Source: Nannocystales bacterium (GTDB taxonomy: Bacteria > Myxococcota_A > Polyangia > Nannocystales > Nannocystaceae). Taken from it: a DNA stretch of 52,586 bases. This document shows, in pieces, positions 48,202 through 52,586 of the stretch. The notes beneath the pieces are model-generated. The model searched no databases and had not been told where the DNA came from. It saw only the letters and a list, made by a program, of their open reading frames with translations. The DNA is taken from positions 1 through 52,586 of the forward strand of contig JBOEGF010000053.1 in the NCBI GenBank assembly GCA_050633305.1, read 5' to 3'. Numbering within the stretch: position 1 is the stretch's first letter; every line of letters begins with the position of its first letter. Made by a program: the position numbers and the translations under genes.

Positions 48202-48537
48202 ATGGCGGACAGCGAGCCACTCGATTTTGAGGACATCGCGATTCGACGGCTCGCGAAGCGAGCACGGACGATTCACGTCGTCTGTGGGCTCATCTCCGTC
48301 CTGACAGGGATCGCCATCGGCCTGCTGACCGCGTGGGCCGTGCTCGACCGCGTGGGCCTGCTCCCACGCGCTGCCTACGGCGCCCTGTTCCTCGGCCCAC
48401 TTCTCGGGTGTGTTGTCGTCGGCCGTGGCCTCGCCAGAAAGCTGCTCCTCGCTCGAGCCCCAGCGTGGTCTGTCGAGATGGCCGACGAGTACCAACTCGA
48501 CGCCACCCAGCTCCGCGGCTACATCCGGCACATGTGA
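48202..48537 (+). CDS. Small two-TM membrane protein
   Basis: ATG at 48202, two hydrophobic helices, fills the gap between flanking genes. Confidence 0.65.
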   Translation: MADSEPLDFEDIAIRRLAKRARTIHVVCGLISVLTGIAIGLLTAWAVLDRVGLLPRAAYGALFLGPLLGCVVVGRGLARKLLLARAPAWSVEMADEYQLDATQLRGYIRHM

Positions 48538-48628
48538 AGAGCGCCTGTTCGTCCGGCTCTCCGTCCACACCCGCTCCTCATACCGGCTCACGTGCCCCCG
48601 GCTTCGTCCACCGCCGGAATGGCAAGAT

Positions 48629-49528
48629 TCAGAACCGTCCGACGAGCGTCCCTCCGGTCATCGCTGCGACGAAGGCCACGGATGGCCGCTCGCTACGCCA
48701 GCGATCCGTCCGCACCGTCCCCTCGCGTACGACCAGAGCCCCGACAACAACTGCCGTGAGCCCGAAACCGATTCCGACAACTCCGCTGAGGAGCGCGTAT
48801 CGGTTCGCGCGATCGCCATTCTCCCGCCAGGCCAGGATCTCCCCATCGATCCGGCCGCACTCGGACGTCGACTCGTTGGGTCCACACCCTGCGGCGTCTT
48901 GCTCGTCCAGAGACACGGCCAGCTTGTTCGAGAATTCCCGGCCGCGCACGCCGTAGTACGCCGCCACCGTTCCCCCAGCCACGATACTCACCCCGCCCAC
49001 TGCCATCGCTGCCATCCCCCCGCGACGCCAGCTGCGGCCAGGGTCGTCGCCCACCGGCGCAGGGTCGGGCACGGGAAGCCGAAGTACAGCAGGGGGCGGT
49101 GATGTCTGGTCCCGTTTCTCCTCTTCCTGCGCCTCCGCCTCGGTCAGCGTCGCAGCCATTTGCGCCGCGCATGCCCGCACCGCCCCCTCCAGCACCCGTT
49201 GAGCGTCGCTCCCCTCCGGCACCACACCGAGAAGCCGGTCGTACTCCCGCACCGCCTCCGGGCAGCGGCCGAGCCGATTGAGGGTCTGCGCGTACGCGTA
49301 GCGGGTGTTTGCATCCTCCAGGAGTGCCAACGACGCCTCGAGCGGCGCGAGCGCTGCCGCAAAATCCCCGCCTTCAAACCGCTCGACGCCGGCGTTGTAC
49401 AGCGCCTCCGCTTCCAGGTCCGCGGCGCTCGCGGGCGAGTGCGGAGCTTCCGGCTCCGGATCGAGGGGGAGCGGGGCCGGCGCGATCAAGGCGACAAGAA
49501 GTCCGGCGACCGGAACGCCCAACGGCAT
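48629..49528 (-). CDS. Secreted TPR protein with C-terminal hydrophobic helices
   Basis: Signal peptide; AEALYNAGVERFEGGDFAAA..YAYAQTLNRLGRCPEA; Gly-rich TM segments. Confidence 0.8.
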   Translation of the reverse strand: MPLGVPVAGLLVALIAPAPLPLDPEPEAPHSPASAADLEAEALYNAGVERFEGGDFAAALAPLEASLALLEDANTRYAYAQTLNRLGRCPEAVREYDRLLGVVPEGSDAQRVLEGAVRACAAQMAATLTEAEAQEEEKRDQTSPPPAVLRLPVPDPAPVGDDPGRSWRRGGMAAMAVGGVSIVAGGTVAAYYGVRGREFSNKLAVSLDEQDAAGCGPNESTSECGRIDGEILAWRENGDRANRYALLSGVVGIGFGLTAVVVGALVVREGTVRTDRWRSERPSVAFVAAMTGGTLVGRF

Positions 49529-49615
49529 CCCCGGACGATAGCAGGGCTTGCTTTCGCATAGGGGGTATCCCTAGGTGCAATCACCTCCAGAAGCTCGGGG
49601 GCGAACACGAACCAC

Positions 49616-49646
49616 GACAAAGGGGAGCCGCAACAGCGACTCCCCT
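49616..49646 (-). terminator. Putative intrinsic terminator after rpoC
   Basis: Minus strand AGGGGAGTCGC-TGTT-GCGGCTCCCCT-TTGT. Confidence 0.65.
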
Positions 49647-49724
49647 CGAGGTCCCGTCCCTAGATGCCCGATTTGGACGCCCGGGGCCGGGAGAGCGCTG
49701 CGGAGTCAGCCCCGCAGCGACGAA

Positions 49725-52586
49725 CTAGTCAGGGATGTTCATCAAGTCGCGCTCCGTCTGTCGGCGCGCGGTGGGCTCGGCCGCGAGTTCCTCGGCGGTG
49801 AGGTCGTCGCTCTGAATGGTGAGCCGGTCGTAGACCGCCAGGCCGGTTCCCGCCGGGATGAGACGTCCCATGATGACGTTCTCCTTGAGGCCCCGCAGGT
49901 AGTCGATCTTGCCTTGCAGTGCGGCTTCGGTGAGGACCTTGGTCGTCTCCTGGAAGGAGGACGCCGAGATGAACGACTCCGTCGACAGAGAGGCCTTCGT
50001 GATGCCGAGCAACAGTGCTTGCCCGGTTGCCGGCTGACCCCCGAGCGAGCTGACCCGGTTGTTCTCCTGCTGGAAGATCTGACGTTCGACGTGGTCATCG
50101 GCCAGGAAGTTGGTGTCTCCCGGATCCCGAATCTTCACCCGACGCATCATCTGGCGAATGATCACCTCGATGTGCTTGTCGTTGATCTTCACGCCCTGCA
50201 GTCGATAGACCTGCTGGACCTCGTCGAGGAGGTAGCGCGCAAGCGCTTTCTCTCCGAGCACCGCCAGGATGTCGTGCGGGTTGGACGGACCGTCCATGAG
50301 TGCTTCACCGGCGCGGACACGGTCGCCCTCGCGGATCTGTAGGTGACGGCCCTTGGGCACCAGGTACTCGCGCGGCTCGCCGCCCTCGGGGGTGACGATG
50401 ATGCGGCGCTTGCCACCTTTGTCCTTGCCGAACGACACGACGCCGTCGGTTTCGGCCACGATGGAGTGGTCCTTCGGAGTCCGAGCTTCGAAGAGCTCGA
50501 CGACGCGAGGAAGACCACCGGTGATGTCCTTGGTCTTCGTGGTCTCGCGCGGCATCTTGGCCAGCACTTCACCGGCTTCGATGGACTGACCTTCAGTCAC
50601 GCTGAAGGAACAACCGACGGGGAGGAAGTACCGAGCTTCGCGGCCATCGTAGATGGCCACTTCGCCGTTGGCATCCTTGAGGACCAGGCGCGGACGGGCA
50701 TCTGCGTCGCGGCTCTCTTGGATGACCATCGCACTGTGGCCGGTCTGCTCGTCCACGCGGACTTGCATGGTCACGCCCTCGACGATGTCGCCGTACTCGA
50801 CGGTACCGGTCACCTCGGAGACGATTGGAATGGAGTACGGGTCCCACTCCGAGATCGTCGCTCCCGGTGCAACGGTGTCGCCCTCTTTGCAGAGCAACTT
50901 GGCGCCGTAGTTGAGGTCGTACTCCTCGCGAGGACGGTCCCGCTCGTCGAGCAGGATGACCCGAGCGTGGCGGTTCATGACGACCTGGTGGTCGTCGCGC
51001 TCCACTGCGGAGAGGTCCTCGAAGGTGATCTTGCCGCCGAAGCGCGCCTCGAGCGAGGTCTGCAGCGACTGCATACCGGAGGCGACACCACCGATGTGGA
51101 ACGTCCGCATGGTGAGCTGCGTACCCGGCTCCCCAATGGACTGCGCCGCGATGATGCCAGCCGCCTCGCCGACGTCGACGAGGTGACCGCGTGCCAGGTC
51201 GCGACCGTAGCAGCGAGCACACGCGCCCCGCAGTGCCTCACAGGTGAGGACCGAACGGATACGAACGCGCTGAATGCCAGCTTCCTCGACTGCGATAACC
51301 CGCGCTTCGTCGAAGAGCTCGCCTTCGTCGCAGATGATCTCGTCCGAACCCGGCACGTAGACCGGCTCCAGCGCGGTACGGCCGAGAATTCGGTCGCTGA
51401 GACGCTCGATGACCTCGCCGGCCTCGACCAGAGCTTCGATCTCCAGCCCCTGAATGGTCCCGCAGTCGAACTCGGTGATGACCGCTTCTTGGGCGACATC
51501 GACGAGACGACGGGTGAGGTACCCGGAGTTGGCGGTCTTGAGCGCCGTATCGGCCAGTCCTTTCCGCGCACCGTGCGTGGAGATGAAGTACTGAAGCACC
51601 GTCAGCCCCTCACGGAAGTTCGTGGTGATCGGCTGGTCGATGATCTCCCCCGACGGCTTGGCCATCAGGCCGCGCATTCCGGAGAGCTGCCGCATCTGCT
51701 GACGCGATCCACGAGCGCCGGAGTCGGCCATGATGAAGATCGAGTTGAACGACGGGGTGCGAACCTTCTCGCCCTCGGGGTTCTCGAACTCCGCGAACGA
51801 GATCTCGTCCATCATGGCGTTGGCGATCTGCTCGGAGACCGTGGCCCAGATGTCGATGACCTTGTTGTAGCGCTCGCCCGAGGTGATCAGACCATCGGCG
51901 TACTGGTTGGAGATGCGCTTGACCTCTTCGAACGCATCGCCGAGCAGCGTGTGCTTCTGATCCGGGATGATCATGTCATCCATGCAGATCGAGATGCCGG
52001 CCTTCGTCGCCTCGGAGTACCCGGTGCTTCGGAGGTAATCCGCCATGAGGACGGTCGCCTTCTGACCACACGTCCGGTAGCAGACGTCGATGATCTCGTT
52101 GAGCGGCTTCTTGCCCAACGCTCGGTTGAACAGGTCGAAGGGCAGCGTGGTCGGAACCCCTCCTTCGTACAGCAGCACGCGGCCGACGGTCGTTTCGACC
52201 ATCTCCTGCCCACTCTTGATGCGGCACATGATGCGCGCCTGCAGGTGGACAGCCCCGTGGTCGTACGCCATGCGGACCTCTTTGGGCGACCCGTAGTGGC
52301 CAACCATGAAGTTGTCCTTCTTGGGGTCGTTGGCACTTCCGAAGGCGGAGGTGCGCTCACGCGTCATGTAGTAGAGGCCCAGGACGATGTCCTGCGTCGG
52401 CACGATGATCGGCTTGCCGTGCGCGGGCGAGAGGATGTTGTTCGTAGACATCATCAGCACGCGGGCTTCCATCTGCGCCTCGATGCACAGCGGAACGTGC
52501 ACAGCCATCTGGTCGCCGTCGAAGTCGGCGTTGTAGGCGGTGCACACCAGCGGGTGAAGCTGAATCGCTTTGCCCTCGATCAGCAC
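49725..52586 (-). CDS. rpoC: RNA polymerase beta' subunit, 3' portion (5' end outside window)
   Basis: [65 protein letters not shown]. Confidence 0.99.
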   Translation of the reverse strand: MLIEGKAIQLHPLVCTAYNADFDGDQMAVHVPLCIEAQMEARVLMMSTNNILSPAHGKPIIVPTQDIVLGLYYMTRERTSAFGSANDPKKDNFMVGHYGSPKEVRMAYDHGAVHLQARIMCRIKSGQEMVETTVGRVLLYEGGVPTTLPFDLFNRALGKKPLNEIIDVCYRTCGQKATVLMADYLRSTGYSEATKAGISICMDDMIIPDQKHTLLGDAFEEVKRISNQYADGLITSGERYNKVIDIWATVSEQIANAMMDEISFAEFENPEGEKVRTPSFNSIFIMADSGARGSRQQMRQLSGMRGLMAKPSGEIIDQPITTNFREGLTVLQYFISTHGARKGLADTALKTANSGYLTRRLVDVAQEAVITEFDCGTIQGLEIEALVEAGEVIERLSDRILGRTALEPVYVPGSDEIICDEGELFDEARVIAVEEAGIQRVRIRSVLTCEALRGACARCYGRDLARGHLVDVGEAAGIIAAQSIGEPGTQLTMRTFHIGGVASGMQSLQTSLEARFGGKITFEDLSAVERDDHQVVMNRHARVILLDERDRPREEYDLNYGAKLLCKEGDTVAPGATISEWDPYSIPIVSEVTGTVEYGDIVEGVTMQVRVDEQTGHSAMVIQESRDADARPRLVLKDANGEVAIYDGREARYFLPVGCSFSVTEGQSIEAGEVLAKMPRETTKTKDITGGLPRVVELFEARTPKDHSIVAETDGVVSFGKDKGGKRRIIVTPEGGEPREYLVPKGRHLQIREGDRVRAGEALMDGPSNPHDILAVLGEKALARYLLDEVQQVYRLQGVKINDKHIEVIIRQMMRRVKIRDPGDTNFLADDHVERQIFQQENNRVSSLGGQPATGQALLLGITKASLSTESFISASSFQETTKVLTEAALQGKIDYLRGLKENVIMGRLIPAGTGLAVYDRLTIQSDDLTAEELAAEPTARRQTERDLMNIPD

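Overview
High-GC window, most likely from a myxobacterium (Myxococcota, Nannocystis/Enhygromyxa-like), judged from Myxococcus Cys-rich repeats, a kinase-TPR/ECF pair and many S/T/G-stalked lipoproteins. The minus strand carries the core order rpoC -> rpsL -> rpsG -> fusA -> tuf, broken twice: about 40 kb of accessory genes lie between rpoC and rpsL, and a ~5.9 kb ECF/kinase/lipoprotein block lies between rpsG and fusA. rpsG has its own terminator, and fusA-tuf sits behind a near-copy of the putative rpsL promoter. The EF-G has degenerate domain IV translocation motifs (spdEFG2-like). The accessory region holds an AckA-PduL fusion, a DUF1588-like cytochrome with a Tat DUF1501 partner, a Wzx-type glycan locus (sulfo-, acyl- and methyltransferases, GH123-like enzyme), IcmF, an ECF fused to an anti-sigma-like membrane module, an 11(+1)-haem cytochrome and a JmjC oxygenase. 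The strongest cross-window signal is a TANNNT box 6-8 nt before the start codon of at least 10 accessory genes, suggesting widespread leaderless mRNAs. No tRNA, rRNA, CRISPR array, integrase or transposase was recognised. All calls come from motif recognition by eye; no database searches were run.
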